Source of the DNA: Octopus sinensis
Taxonomy: Eukaryota
Direction: 5' to 3'
DNA: 64,000 nucleotides
Assembly (NCBI RefSeq): GCF_006345805.1
Contig: NC_043003.1
Location: 27,342,001 to 27,406,000, forward strand
Shown here: piece by piece, positions 49,195-62,943 of the stretch
Position numbering within the stretch: the stretch's first letter is position 1
Layout: each line of letters begins with the position of its first letter
Position numbers and translations under genes: made by a program
The notes under the pieces: model-generated
Database searches by the model: none
Told to the model about the DNA's origin: nothing
Seen by the model: the letters and a program-made list of their open reading frames with translations, nothing else

Positions 49195-49715
49195 TATACT
49201 TTATTCAAAGCAGCAGAAAATTCAACAAAACCTGTTACTCTGAGTTTCCCGTTGCCGTTCGTCAGACAGTTTTTGCTAGAATGGAACCGATATGTGGATT
49301 CTATCCAGACTATTGTAAACGCTACACCTTTAAAAAAATGGACTTGTTTGATTGGCCCTTTAGAAATAACGGCCATACACTTTAAAAAATGGACTTGTTT
49401 GATTGGCCCTTTGGAAATAACGGCCAATTTTCAAGTGATAAACATAGATGAGTTCAAAAATATATATATATATATATATGTATATATAAAATATAAAAAT
49501 ATAAAAATATATAAAAAAATATATAAAAATATATAAAAAAATTAAAGAATTCGAGGAAAAACCTTACATTGAATAAAATACATATTGACCTTAATGAAGG
49601 AAATACAATTAATACATGGGAATTGAAATGCATTAGAAACACGCACTAAAAATACAACACAGCAATACATATTCATATTAAAGCATGCATATATATCAAC
49701 ACACACAGAATAGAT
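49195..49715 (-). mobile_element. Penelope-like terminal fragment
   Basis: Homologous to 1-420. Confidence 0.55.
49227..49274 (-). ncRNA. Minimal type I hammerhead ribozyme
   Basis: Minus strand aaaaactgt-CTGACGA-a-cg(gcaa)cg-g-GAAAC-tcaga-GTA-acaggtttt. Confidence 0.65.
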
Positions 49716-49722
49716 ATATATA

Positions 49723-49754
<32 letters not shown>

Positions 49755-51185
49755 ATTAGGGAATAAATCCAAACTTACAGGGAAAAATTAGATTTAGGAT
49801 TAAATCCAATTTTATAGTATAAATATATTATATTATATTATATTATATTAGAGATAAAACCACTATTAGGCAAATCAAACAGTGAAAAACATAAGCCAAT
49901 ACATAAAATTAATTAAAAAATATAAAAGTTAAAAATAAAAAATTATTTAAATAATTTAAACTAATAAATTTTATATATATATATACAAGTATGTATGTAT
50001 ATTTTTATATTTATATATTATTTTATTTATTAATTAATTTATTTATTTAAAAATTTTTTTTTTTTAAATATCAAAAGTATTAAAAGTTTAATATAAGATA
50101 AAGAGTAAAACACTACGATCATTTCATGGCTGTACCAATTCGAATAACAATAATTTAAATTCAGTTAATAATTCTAATTATGGTTACAGTCAATCTTCAG
50201 GTTAATTGAGATATTTTAAAAATAATCAGAAATATTTAAACAATATTTTTAAGATATAAATAATATAATAATTTTACTTATAATAAGCTCTATTATCGAA
50301 CTAGAAACTTAAAACATAACAATTATGATTATATCAAAATCGATTATAATGTTAAATATTAATTTTAATTTATAAGGTAAGAAACCCACCAATAATCTAA
50401 TATCGGTAATAGTCTATATCTAATTACATAAATATTTTTTTTTTTAAATGACTATTATATATAAATTACCAATGAAAATATATAAATGTATATAAATATT
50501 ATAATTAAGATCTAAAATAATCTCTATAAATAAATAAATATGCACATATAATAAAGACCTAATAAATTAATTTTTCATATTTAAAGATGAAATAGCTAAT
50601 TTCAAAAATACATACAAACAAACTTAAACGAACTTTCGGAAATCTTATTTAAAATACTTATAGAAATAATCAATTCGTAGTTATATAGTATCGAATAAAT
50701 ACTATAAATATAATTATCAATGGGAATAACTAGCGAATATCAATTTAAAAAGACAATAACTAAGTTATGCTATTAAGTTAGACATGGCCTGGACCAATCT
50801 TTAGTCGAAACATATCTAAGTTTATCAAAGTTTATCTAATTTTAATTATAAGAAATTTAAAACTACAATTAATACTATTAATACATGTATATACAAAAGC
50901 CTAACTTTAGACACCTCGTATACTTGCTATCAAACAACAAATCTATCACTAAGTAATATCTTACGAATAAACTTAAATTTAATATCTAATAATATAGAAA
51001 ATTACGATAATTAGATCATTACATAAACAACGATATTTACATAAGGAAAATATTATTACACCAAAGACTTATAAAATATTAAAATTTACAATTTAAAGAT
51101 CTTAAATATAAATAAATACTTATCTTAGCGAGGTTTTGTAATGATTTGCTTAATAGTGGTTTTATCTCTAATTTAATATAATATA
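49755..51185. mobile_element. Extremely AT-rich element bounded by a 22-bp inverted repeat
   Basis: attagagataaaaccactatta (~49848) and taatagtggttttatctctaat (~51150); no readable ORF. Confidence 0.45.
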
Positions 51186-51189
51186 ATAA

Positions 51190-52560
51190 ACTGCGTGGTC
51201 TCGGCATTGGCGGAAAACTTGGAGAGTGGCTGCACAACTTCCTAAAAAACAGAAAACAGGCAGTTGTGAGCAATGGAGCCACCTCCAAGGAAACACAAAT
51301 AACAAGCGGTGTCCCACAGGGCACTGTCTTGGGGCCACTGATGTTCATAGTGGCCCTTTCAGACATGCCTTCAGTTGCTACGATGACCACCCTTGCTAGC
51401 TATGCAGATGACACAAAAGTCTCCCATGCAATACAAAACCCTGAAAATATTGCGCATCTGCAACAGGAGTTGGACACAATATACAGGTGGGCTGAGGACA
51501 ACAACATGCAGTTTAATGCAGGTAAGTTCCAGGCCCTGCGTTACTGGCACACAAAGGTAAACGACATGCAGACTGGATACACTGGCCCAGGAAGAATTGC
51601 AATCCCTGAGTCAAAATCAGTACATGACCTGGGCATTGACATGAGCAATGATGCATCTTTCCAAGTGCATATTGCTAATCTGGTGATAAAATGCAGACGG
51701 CTAGCTGGATGGATTCTCCGAACTTTCAGAACAAGAGAGAAGGAGACACTGATGGTCCTATGGAAAACATTCGTCCTCAGCCGCTTGGACTACTGCTCCC
51801 AACTGTGGTCACCACACAATATAAAACTAACAGCAGAACTCGAAGCAATTCAGAGAAGCTACACAAAGAAAATCGTCTCAATGCAAAATATCAGCTACCG
51901 GGAAAGACTGAAGGTATTAAACCTCTACTCCCTAGAGCGGAGGCGGGAGAGATATGCGGTGATATACATCTGGAAAATCCTGGAGGGTCTTGTCCCAAAC
52001 TTTGGCATTCAAAGTTACCCCAACCGCAGAACGGGGCGCCACTGCATGGTGCCAAAGATTCCAACATCACCATCAAAATACAGGTCCAGATACTGCAACA
52101 GCTTGGGTTTCAGAGGACCACAGTGTCGTGAGTGTGCGATTTGAATATAGAGGCACCTACCTTCTCTTCGTAGTGACGGAGATCCTCCAGAGATGACTAG
52201 TCCTTCCTCACAGCCCCGACCCGAACACTAACGATAGCAGCTGCTAGCCCAAACCCTTAGCGACGTTCTGGCACGTCTTGTCACACACAGCTCTTTAACA
52301 TCCTCCCTAAATGCCTGAGAAACTTACATGGTGTGGATGTGGGTTTCTTTAAAACTAAACTGGATCTCTTCTTGTCGGGAGTCCCAGATGAACCTACCTC
52401 ACGACAGGAGACACTGATGCGGGCAGCTGCATCGAACTCCCTTGTTGATCAAGTGCCACGTATCAGAGGTGGATTCACAAATTAGTGTAGCTCATTCAGC
52501 GGTGGTGCCCCAGCATTGCTGTGGCCTTCGGGCTAAAACATTTTTAAGGATTTAAGGATT
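51190..52560 (+). mobile_element. CR1/L2-group LINE, 5'-truncated
   Basis: LGIGGKLGEWLHNFL, SGVPQGTVLGP, YADDTK, SRLDYCSQLWSP, LYSLERRRERY; ends in (tttaagga) repeats. Confidence 0.95.
52124..52285. mobile_element. 162-bp solo-LTR-like insertion
   Basis: TGT...ACA ends, 5-bp TSD CACAG, splits GPQ|LFN of the LINE. Confidence 0.75.
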
Positions 52561-52596
52561 ATATATATATATATATTTATTTACACACACACGCAT

Positions 52597-53440
52597 GCAG
52601 GGTGCAACGGGTAAATTGCCATTTTATATTTTTGATTTTGTGCATTCTCGTTGTTTGATTTTGTCAACTACACATTATAGTAGGGTCAGTTCGGCACTGT
52701 CTGTGAGAACAACAGCACCATGATGCAATTCACTCTGCCAGAAATTTGGAAATGACATGCTGTACTGTTTGGTATTTGTGCCAGAAGCTCCAATACAAAC
52801 ATTTCAGAGTGTTTAAGTGTCAATTTGAGGACATGTACTGAGAGTGATAAAAATCAAACATCCAGTCAACATCATGGTGTTTGGAGTGATCACTAGTAAT
52901 GGCAACACCTCCATTCATCTTCCCATACAGCCTCAGATTCATCAAGTGTCTGGAGGAAGTAGTGCTCCCTTGGGTCATGCGGGTGGCTACTTGAAGACCC
53001 CATGTCTGGCAACAGGACTCTGCACCATTCCACACAAGCAGGAGAACCCAGTAATGGCTATCAGATAATTTCTGCGACCACATCACCCCTAATATCTGGA
53101 TGCCTAATTCCCCAGACTGCAACCCCCTTGATTATTATGTGTGGGGTGCAGTTGAGCAAGAGACCAACAAATCTCCTTATAACACCAAAGATGAACTGAA
53201 GGCAAGGATTATGGCAGCATTCATGAACTTAAACAAGATCATCCAGAAGAGTTGCAGAAGATTCCAAAGTTGTCAGGAGGCTATGGTTGAAGCCAATGGC
53301 GATTTTATTGAATAAATTTACTCTTTAATATTTCAAGATATTTTCATGTAATTTTTGTAAATATATCTGTTAAAATGAGACGACGGTGTTATTTTCATTT
53401 TTGCATAATTTAGATGACAGTTTATTCACCACGCCCTGTA
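52597..53440 (+). mobile_element. maT (DD37D) element, internally deleted
   Basis: 37 codons counted between the D of QQDSAP and the D of NPLDY; CAGGG termini. Confidence 0.85.
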
Positions 53441-53469
53441 TATATATATATATATATATACACATATAT

Positions 53470-55610
53470 ATCATCATCATCATCATTTAACGTATGCGTT
53501 CCATGTTAGCGTAGGTTGGACAATTTGACTGAGGACTGGCAAACCAGGCTCCTACATGATCTGGCAGAGTTTCTACAGGTGGGTGCCCTTCCTAAGCCAA
53601 CCACTCCGAGAGTGTAGTGGGTGCTTTTATGTGCCACTGGCACAAGGGCCAGTCAGGCAGTACTGGCAACGGCCACACTCAAATGGTGTTTTCTACGTGC
53701 CACCTGCACAGGAGCTAGTCCAGCGGCATGGCAACGACCTTGCTCAAATGCTGTTTTTTATGTGCCAGTAAGGCATCGCTGGTAATGATCATGCTTGAAT
53801 GGTGGTTTTTACGTGCAGCCATCATGGGAGCCTGTCTGCAGCCCTGGCAAAGATCACACTCGGATGGTGCTCTTAGCATTCCACTAGCACGGATGCCAGT
53901 CATGCAGTGCTGTCATTGGCCATGTCAGTGAATCTGATTTCAATTTCACTTGCTTCAACAAGTCTTCACAAACAGAGTTTAGTGACCAGTGAAAGAAAGG
54001 TACGCATAAGTGGGCTGGTTACACCACTGGCATGGGCCACAGGTTATGGTCTCTCTTGGCTTGCTGGGTCTTCTCAAGCACAGCATATTTCCAAAGGTCT
54101 CGGTCACTAGTCATTGCCTTGGTGAGGCCTAATGTTTGAAAGTCATGCTTCACTACCTCATCCCAGGTCTTCTTGGGTCAACCTCTTCCACAGGTTCCCT
54201 CAACTGCTAGGGTGTGACACTTTTTCACACAGCTATCTTCATCCATTCACACCACATGACCATACCAGCACAGTCGTCTCTCTTGCACACCACATCTGAT
54301 GCTTCTTAGGTCCAACTTTTCTCTCAAGGCACTTACACTCTGTCGTGTATGCACACTGACATTACACATCCAGTGGAGCATACTGGATTCATTCCTTGCA
54401 AGCTTACACATGTCCTCAGCAGTCACAGCCATGTAGCATGGCTGTTTGTACACATGCGTCATACAGTCTACCTTTTACTCTGAGCGAGAGGCCCTTTTCA
54501 CCAGCAGAGGTAGGAACTCTCTGAACTTTGCCCAGGCTATTCTTATTCTAGCAGCTACACTATCAGAGCATCCACCCCTGCTACTGACTTGGTCACCTAG
54601 GTAATGGAACCTGCCAACTACTTGTAGTTTTTCTCTCTGGAATGTGGCAGTTGTTCTCTGCACATTTTCAGTGTTTATTGCTCCGGAGCATTGGCCACAT
54701 ACAAAAACTATCTTCCCAGTTAGCCTTCTTTTGATATTGCTGCACCTCACCTCTTATGGGTACATCTTATAGAGTTTTTACCTACGCCTTTTCTACAGAT
54801 CGAGCAGGGCCATCTACTTGAATGGATTTGTGGTTTGTCTGCCCTCCTACTTATTAAGACTTTGGTGTTAGCTAGGTTGACTCTAAGGCCCTTCAATTCT
54901 TATCCTTGTTTCCACATCTGAAACTTCTCTAGTTCTGATAGTGACTCAGCAATTAGAGCAAGGTCATCAGCATAAAGGAGCTCCTAGGGGCATCCTGTCT
55001 TAAATTCTTCTGTTATTGCCTGGAAGACTATGATAAACAGGAGGGGGATGATGTCTGAACCTTGGTGAACCCCTACATCTACCCGGAATTCTTCACTGTA
55101 CTTGTTGCCGGCCCTCACCTTACTGACAGCATTCCTGTACATGGCTTGCACAGCTCTTGCTAACCATTCATCTATCCCTAGTTTCCTCATTGACCACCAG
55201 ATAAGGGATCGGGGGACCCTGTCAAAGGCTTTCTCCATGTCAATGAAATCCAGGTACAGGGGTTTATCTTTGGCTAGGTATTTCTCCTGCAGCTGTCTTA
55301 CCAGAATTATAGCATCAGTGGTGCTTTTCCCTGGCACAAACCCAAACTGCATCTCGTCTAGACTGACCCTCTCCCGAATTAGTTGGGCTACAACCCTCTC
55401 TGTGACTGTCATTACCTGATCCACAGCTTGACACCTCTGTAATTATTTGTATCTAATGTGTCACCTTTACCTTTGTAGCAGTTGACTATGGTGCTGCTAC
55501 ACCAATCATTGGGTATGACTTTTTCCTGTATCACCTGGATGACTGCCAGATATTTTGAGCATCTCTGCAGTGATTCCTGATGGGCCAGGGGCTTTCCCTG
55601 TCTCCACCAT
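53470..55610 (-). mobile_element. RTE-clade LINE, 5'-truncated, degraded
   Basis: Minus-strand RT motifs, finger remnant, 3' UTR and (cat)n tail. Confidence 0.92.
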
Positions 55611-55625
55611 ATATATATATATATT

Positions 55626-55779
55626 GTTATCGCCAAGCCAACATGGCAGTCCAGGAAAATAGAATGAATGCTGCCGTTGATTAGCTACAAGAGGCCATCG
55701 CCTCTAACTGGCTATTTGAGCTAATCAACAGCAGCATTTGACCTATTTTCCTGGACTGCCATGTTAGCTTGGCGATAAC
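55626..55779. mobile_element. 154-bp MITE-like fold-back
   Basis: 61-bp arms 55626-55686 and 55719-55779. Confidence 0.8.
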
Positions 55780-58179
55780 TATTAATATCTAGTACTGCTT
55801 GATATATATATATAATTCAAGTAATAAGAAGACAAAGAAATTCTTTAGCACATCTTTAATGATTCGTTACAATTGTTTCTGCACCAACTCTGCTTGCAAT
55901 GCCAGTTTACGCAAAAATTCAAAGTGAAAATTTGCGTAATGTTTGTGATTTTATATATATATATATATATATTCTTGTATTCATTTCAGCCATACAGCTG
56001 CAGTCATATCTTTCAGTATACATTCTGTGATAGTATTACAAATCTTGCCAACAAAATGGAAACTTTTATTTTTAGTGATGCAAGAGGTGCCTGGTAATTT
56101 GATATTATGTGGCAAACATGTCAAATCAAGGAAGTGATATAATAGGTACCAGATCATCTGATAATGCGATAAACTGGTTTCATATCTGGGGAGTTGTGTA
56201 ATAGGTATTAGATCATCCTGTAGTGTTAACTGTATTAGACAATTGTCATTTCTCAGAAGAGTCATATGTCATCAATTATCTGATGATGTTAACTGTAATA
56301 AACTAGTGTCTTACCTAGGCAGTGACATTATTGGTGTTATTATAATTCATTAGATTATATGTTAACTGAGATACATTGTGTCATATCTAGACTTGCTGTT
56401 TAATCCCAGATCAGACTTGGGAGATATATGATACAAGGGATTTCAGCTATGGCTGACCAATATGTCCTTTCCTCCTTTTTAACAAGACAGCATTGTATGA
56501 TACAAGAGCATTTTTATTTCCATCAGCAACTGGGTAGATGTTTCCTTGTTGGCTTGTCTTATTTAGGGTGGATTAAATAGGTACATGATTAACAGTGAAT
56601 ATGTCATAGACTGGTGTCATATCTATGGAGGGATTTAATACATACCATTTTAGAGAATATTTCCTGATAGATTAGTGGTATTTCTAGGAAAGGATATGGT
56701 TCCATATTTGGTGAGGAATTTAACAGTTTTCAGATGCTATCTGTGACGGAATGATGTTTTATTGTGAGACAAATAGAGAGGGAAACAGTGAGAGAATTAT
56801 CTTTAACCTGTTCCTGAAAGCCAAGATGCTTGAAGTTAATAAACTATTGGGCAACCACCAGCAGAATCAGTGTTGTTTATGTGTCCATACCGAAGAACTG
56901 TGCAAATCACAACACTATACAATCGGCTTGGGAGCTCAATCACTCCCTCAAGCCAAGAGGCTTGTTAAAGACTAGAACCCCAACTAGGGAAAGATTTGTC
57001 TTTTACCTGCTTCACGCTATGAGAATCGGGAATGAACATCAGCTTTATAGATCGTTATGATTCAAAAAAGCTGAAACAATCGAGAAGAACCTTTAAATCG
57101 TCATGAAACCTGCTACACATAACTAATAAATTAAAATCACTTTGAAAGTTCATCATGAACATAACCTGACGGAAAAAAGTTTGGAAGCAGATCGAACGAT
57201 GAAAATTCGATACACAAAAAGGGAGTAAGAAGAATACCAAGTCTTTTCTTGCCGCCCCCCCCCCCGCTAAATTATCTCACAACAAGTTTTAAAATTATCA
57301 TTCTAATGAGTGTCCATGAAATCTAGTATCGCTGTAATAATTGTGTTCAATCGGATTTTTTTTTTCAGCAATGGCGTTTCCGCCATATTGAATCCATCAA
57401 TTTTTTTTTTTCTATTTTAAAATTGCTTCTTAGAATTTATAGAAATTTATTATATTCTCGATTGTTTCTTAGAATTAATTACACAATTTGATCAATTCGG
57501 GGGGCTGCAATTTCTTAACACTTGAAAGGCACGTTTGGTAACTGCGTTAAAGATGTCAGTGGAAGAAAACATTTTGGTTTAAGCTTTTCTTGAACCCAAG
57601 TGTATGATCGATTTATCAAAAATTAAAATCAATAAACACTTAACGCCGCATTTCAAAGGAATACGAATCGTGAAAATATCTGCGTTAAACCGAATAATTC
57701 TAAACATAGCTGTCATATACTTCTGTACCAGTGATTTCCGATGGGGGTGCATTATCAACGTACACCAAGAGCTAATTATATTTATTCAATTTCTTTCAAC
57801 ACGTTCGACGATTAACAGTAACTACATTCATTGCCAGAAACTTCATCGTAAAGTTGGTCACTAACTACAATCGGATCTTAATCGAGTGCAGTCTTGAGAA
57901 GCGGAAATTATAATTTCAGTCATAAGTAAATAAAGAATATAGCATATATAGAAGTTAACAGCATTAATGGTAGTAAGTAAAATATTTGTGAAAAAATTTG
58001 TTCGGTAAAATGAGATTACAATTCAAATCGTGTAAATAGCTGAAAAAATTATAAAGACTAAATAGCCAATACGTTCTCAATGACGAAGTACACAAAATTG
58101 TATACTTTCTTTGTTAACACACCGTTCGCATAGTCTTTTGCAGCAGTCAGCTTAGATTAGCCGGTATTTAACCCCTGTT

Positions 58180-58250
58180 TTGATGACGTAGTACACAACC
58201 ACGAGATTCACGCTTCGTTCTCAAGATGGCTGACCACATGGAGGTTCGTT
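58180..58250 (+). promoter_or_regulatory. Candidate promoter and first coding exon (MADHME)
   Basis: TGACGT motif at ~58183; YY1/Kozak-like caagATGGCTGA at 58226; AG|GTTCGT donor at 58243/58244; T-rich sequence follows; CpG-retaining surroundings. No downstream exon identified. Confidence 0.3.
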
Positions 58251-61200
58251 CTAAAGACTCGTTTTTTTTACTATTTCATTTTAGTATTTTATTTCTTGTG
58301 TTCTTTCCTGCAAGAGTGCTTTTATTTTCTTTACATATAAAGTAAAAAATGTTTACTAACAGATTTCCTTTTATGCAATTACTGAATGGTTCTTAATTAT
58401 CTTTTGTCTACAAAGCATGGGTTTTCTCTAAACCTTGCGGTGCCTTCTTTATAAACGAAAAGCTTATATTTATATACATACGTAAAACCTTCAAAGAATG
58501 AATTATTCTTAATATAATTCACATAACTCCTTCGTCAGAATATTTACTGAATAAATAATAAGCAATAGATAGTTCACTAAGTACAAGTTCTGATACATCT
58601 CGTCTACATATATCAAACTTCTAGCCTCACGTGTGAATAAAAATGTCTACATAACGAGGGAAGAAGGTTGCCGTGACGTTGTAGCGTTTAACTTGTTAGA
58701 CCCCACCACTGGAGGTGTTGTTTAATGAATACCGGTTCAGCCCTGATTAGTATATATTAGAAGAGTTGAAACCGTGATTATTCGGTCTCAATTTTTTTCA
58801 TAACACAATAGGGCATATAAAAACGGCGTGGTATTTGAGATTTAGCTACTATTTCCTGCGGGTAGAGCCATTACGTCTTCGTTTTTATTTTAAAAAAAAC
58901 TAACTTGACTTCAATAATTAAGCAAGGAGCATTTATGGTAGCAAACCGTTATCGTTCATGTTAATAGCTTCTTGCGCCTTAACTTTTTCTAATATATGGG
59001 GGATCTAGTGTTGATCAAAATATTTCATTTGATGTTTTGAGTTCAAATCTCGCTCAGGTTAACCATTGCTTTTTATCCTCATGAGGTCGACAAAATAGCG
59101 TACCGGTTAAGTACCAATATCGATTTATATTCATATAGTGCATTCTAAATGTGAATGAAATTTTTGGAGAACCGAAAAAAAAATCAATAAAATCAAGGTG
59201 TGGTTTCTTCTACTCGGGTCAGTCTTGATCAATCTTAAGATCAAAGACATTCCAACAGTCGTCACCCTGTCTTTTTATTCTCCAGACTAATTACGAAGTA
59301 ACTATTTAATATCTCTCGTGTTATTTGGCTACTGTTTTTAGCAGACTGGACGACTGCGCAGAAGCTATCTCCGGTTATGTTTAGCCCTAGGTTAGCTTTG
59401 TTCAAATAAACCTATAATAGAAACATGGCGAAAGTAAAGAATGCGTACACCCGGTGTTTAGGGTTGGGTAGTGTACATCTTTTTTACCTCCGCCAGAAAC
59501 ATATTCTTGCTGTCATCATGTATTTTGTCAGACTGGAGTATCGTATCTGTCTCTCGCTTTTTTTTAAAGCCAGCAAGGTGTGATTTGGCTGCTATTTTTA
59601 GCAAACTGACTGGTTACAAGAGCCTCCCTTGTTTGTTAAACATAGGCAACTTAAACCGAATATATATATGCTTTCGAGATACGTATATATATATGCACAC
59701 ACATAATTAACTGTCGTTGCTTTGCAAACCTCAGTAATACTTGAATGGGGGTGGGGGGATTGCAGCGCCAACATCACGGCATGACTTTCGACAAACGGCC
59801 CTTCTTTATCTGTGCCTTTAACACGCATATTTTGTGTGTATGAATGTATATACACTCATTTGTTCGAAGCCGAATTTTCCCGCCGTCGCTGGTTTTCCTT
59901 TCCTGTTGTAAACTAGGAACTCCGTGGCGAAAGAGAAACCCCATTTAAAAGAATAAACACTACATGTGCCGTCATTTGACGTTCTACGTTTATGTAGGAG
60001 AACATTAACCAGTATTTAAAAAAATTTTTTACTAAGGCGATAGCGTGTAATTTAAGGGGAGATTTATGCATTTCTAGAAGGTTAAATCGATTATTAAAAA
60101 AAAAAATAACGCACGTGAAATGCACCCTTCCCATTTTTGAGACTGTGCGGTGTGATTTGCTGAAGATTTTACTATTAGTTTCCTAGCTTGAAGGATCGCA
60201 TACAGCCCCGCCATTTAACTCGAGGAATGTGGTGGGGGTGAGGATAGAGAAATGGAGTGGGTAGGTGGGTGCTCTTTATTATTTATAATTCAATCTGGGT
60301 TCGTTTCTGAATCCGTTCTACGCTAAATGTTGTTTAGCTCTGATGAATCTGACCCATTTTCAAAGGCGTTCCAGCACTCGACTTGACTTCTGCGCCCCTC
60401 TTTTCTGAGACGGTAGATTGTGAATTAAAGAGATTTAACTGCTATTTCTTGTTGGTTGTTCAACTGCGTAGATTACATTGTTGGGTTGTTACATGAACCC
60501 TGGTCCGGTAGATACGTGATCAAAAGCATCCCAATCATAGCTGGGACGCTTTTTTTTTTTTTTGTCATAGTTATCTAGGATTACACTATATATATATATA
60601 TATTATATATATATATATATATTTATTAAGACAAAGGGGTGTTGTTTGAGCGAGGTATATCTGTAGTTAGGCTCCCCGACCCCGCCTAAATATAGGCGGG
60701 CCTCGAAGAATGTAGCACATGTAAAGTGTTGCCTAGTATTATTTTTCACTCACCGATTCTGTCAGCCCACCACCAACATCCACCGAGATTTCCTGTGTAC
60801 GAGAGGGTGCTGAAAACTTCTTAGCTTTAGTAAAAGAAAATACAGAAGAATCAGTTAATTATGATTTTATTCAACATATTCCCCTCTTAGGTTCACACAC
60901 TTATTAGAGCAGTCCTTCGGTTTTTCTAATCCCTGCAAGAGAATTTAGAAGTTTGGATCTCCAACCAGACCTTTCGCGACAGGAATTTTTCAGAAGCTTG
61001 CACTCATAAATGTACCTGTCACGGTGAAGCCAATCTGAATCCGTTTCCTCTTTGCTTTTCCCCTTAATGTACAAAAAAAAAAAAAAAAGATAACTGAACT
61101 TACTAAATACACATTGAATTGGAAGTAGAGTAATTTTTATTCAAAACTCAGTTTCCAAATTTTCCAAAATTTCAACCGATTTTATTGAAGTTCTTTCCCT

Positions 61201-61692
61201 TGTTTTAAATGATGTCGGTCCAGTATATGATCTACAGCAACTTTAATCTAGACTAGCTTGTGATCTACATGAAATATTTTGTTATAAATTTGCAATTATG
61301 ATTAGAGGAGTGAGTTAAACATTTTAAAAATAAAAGAAAAAGAAACAGTTTTATTGATTTTTATTTCATACTAGAAACATGAATACTGTGACTAAAAATG
61401 CAATAAAGCGATTTTGCTCATTTGGTCTTAAAATCTTCCAACAAATGAAATCTAAATGTGATTGAAATGTTTGCATTTTTTGAGAAGACGAATTTTAGCT
61501 TTCAGTGTTCTACATGTGTGTTCCATCTTGACGATTAACATAGCTTTGCTGGTGGTTGATGTTGGAAATAAGATCAATTTTAAATGTAGATCAAAAAGTC
61601 GGTGTTGGTCACAAACTATACAATTTGAACTAATGTAGATCACAAGCTATACCAGAAACATGTCGATCACATACTACACTGGCACCTTTTAA

Positions 61693-61913
61693 CCCTTTAG
61701 TGTTCAGATTATTCTGTCAAATGTGATGTTTGTTTATCTAAAATGGTTTGAATTAATCCTGGATTATCTTGTAGTTTAGAGATTTCAGAGATGTGATTTT
61801 TTTAGTTTTAGAATGACATGGTAGGGCTGGGGTGAGAGGCGAGATCTGGTCAGTTTCAATATGAAACAGGTTAAATATTTTGGCCAGATATGGCCGGTTT
61901 GAATGCTAAAGGG
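61693..61913. mobile_element. piggyBac-like MITE
   Basis: TTAA-CCCTTTAG...CTAAAGGG-TTAA. Confidence 0.85.
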
Positions 61914-61967
61914 TTAAACAGTTCTCAAGGGAGTCTTTGTTTTGTGATTGCACATATAATCAAAGTA

Positions 61968-62094
<127 letters not shown>

Positions 62095-62730
62095 ACACAC
62101 ACATCTCTATATAGTGTCATCATCATTTAACATCTATGTTCCATGCTAGCAAAAGGTTGGATGGTGTGAGAGGATCTGGTGGGTCCAAGAACTGCATCAT
62201 GCTCCAGTGTCTGCCTTAACATGGTTTGAATGGCTGGATTTTCTCTCTAATGCCAACTACATTATAGCATGTACTTTCTTTCATGCCACCAGCACTAGTG
62301 AGGTTACTGTGCAGCTTGCATGATTATGAAACCAGAGGAGAGGGGGTTCTGTTTTGTACTGGGAGGAACAAAAGGTTCTTGTAGAGGAGCTATATGGCTA
62401 CTTACATTTAGAAGAAAGGGTGAGAATAATGACGTGTTACTATAAAGAGATGATGAGCTGTCCAGGTGGACCCTCAAAGTATGAGATGTGAAGTGATTGG
62501 AGACAGGAACTAGGAGTGTGGGTGGTTGAGGGAGAGCTAGAAATGGAGGAATTAGGCAACAGTTGTAAAGATAAATATGGTTGAAGGGTGGCAAAGAGTG
62601 ACTAATGATACATGAATTAGAAGAGGTACAGGGTGGTGCACCACTGCTGTAGTTTTGTTGTCATTCACTCATTGCATATAGCTGATTAACATTCCTTTCA
62701 TTTCGCTAATTAGAAAAAAATGTTTCTTAA

Positions 62731-62943
62731 CCCTTTAGCATCCAGTTTACTCTGTTGTATTACTTATTCCTATTGTTTTGAATTAATCATGCATTATCTC
62801 ATAGCTTTGAGATTTCGATATGATTATTTATGATTTGAATGGCATTGTTGGGTTGGTGTGAGAAGCCTGACCTGATCTGTTTGAATATAAAACAGGTAGA
62901 ACATTTTGGGTTGGATATGCCAGTTTAAACACTAAAGCAAGGG
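62731..62943. mobile_element. piggyBac-like MITE
   Basis: Same family; right end damaged. Confidence 0.75.

Noticed and set aside
50775-50820. Hammerhead-like ttaga...GAAACATA-tctaa
   Set aside because: The CUGANGA core is absent.
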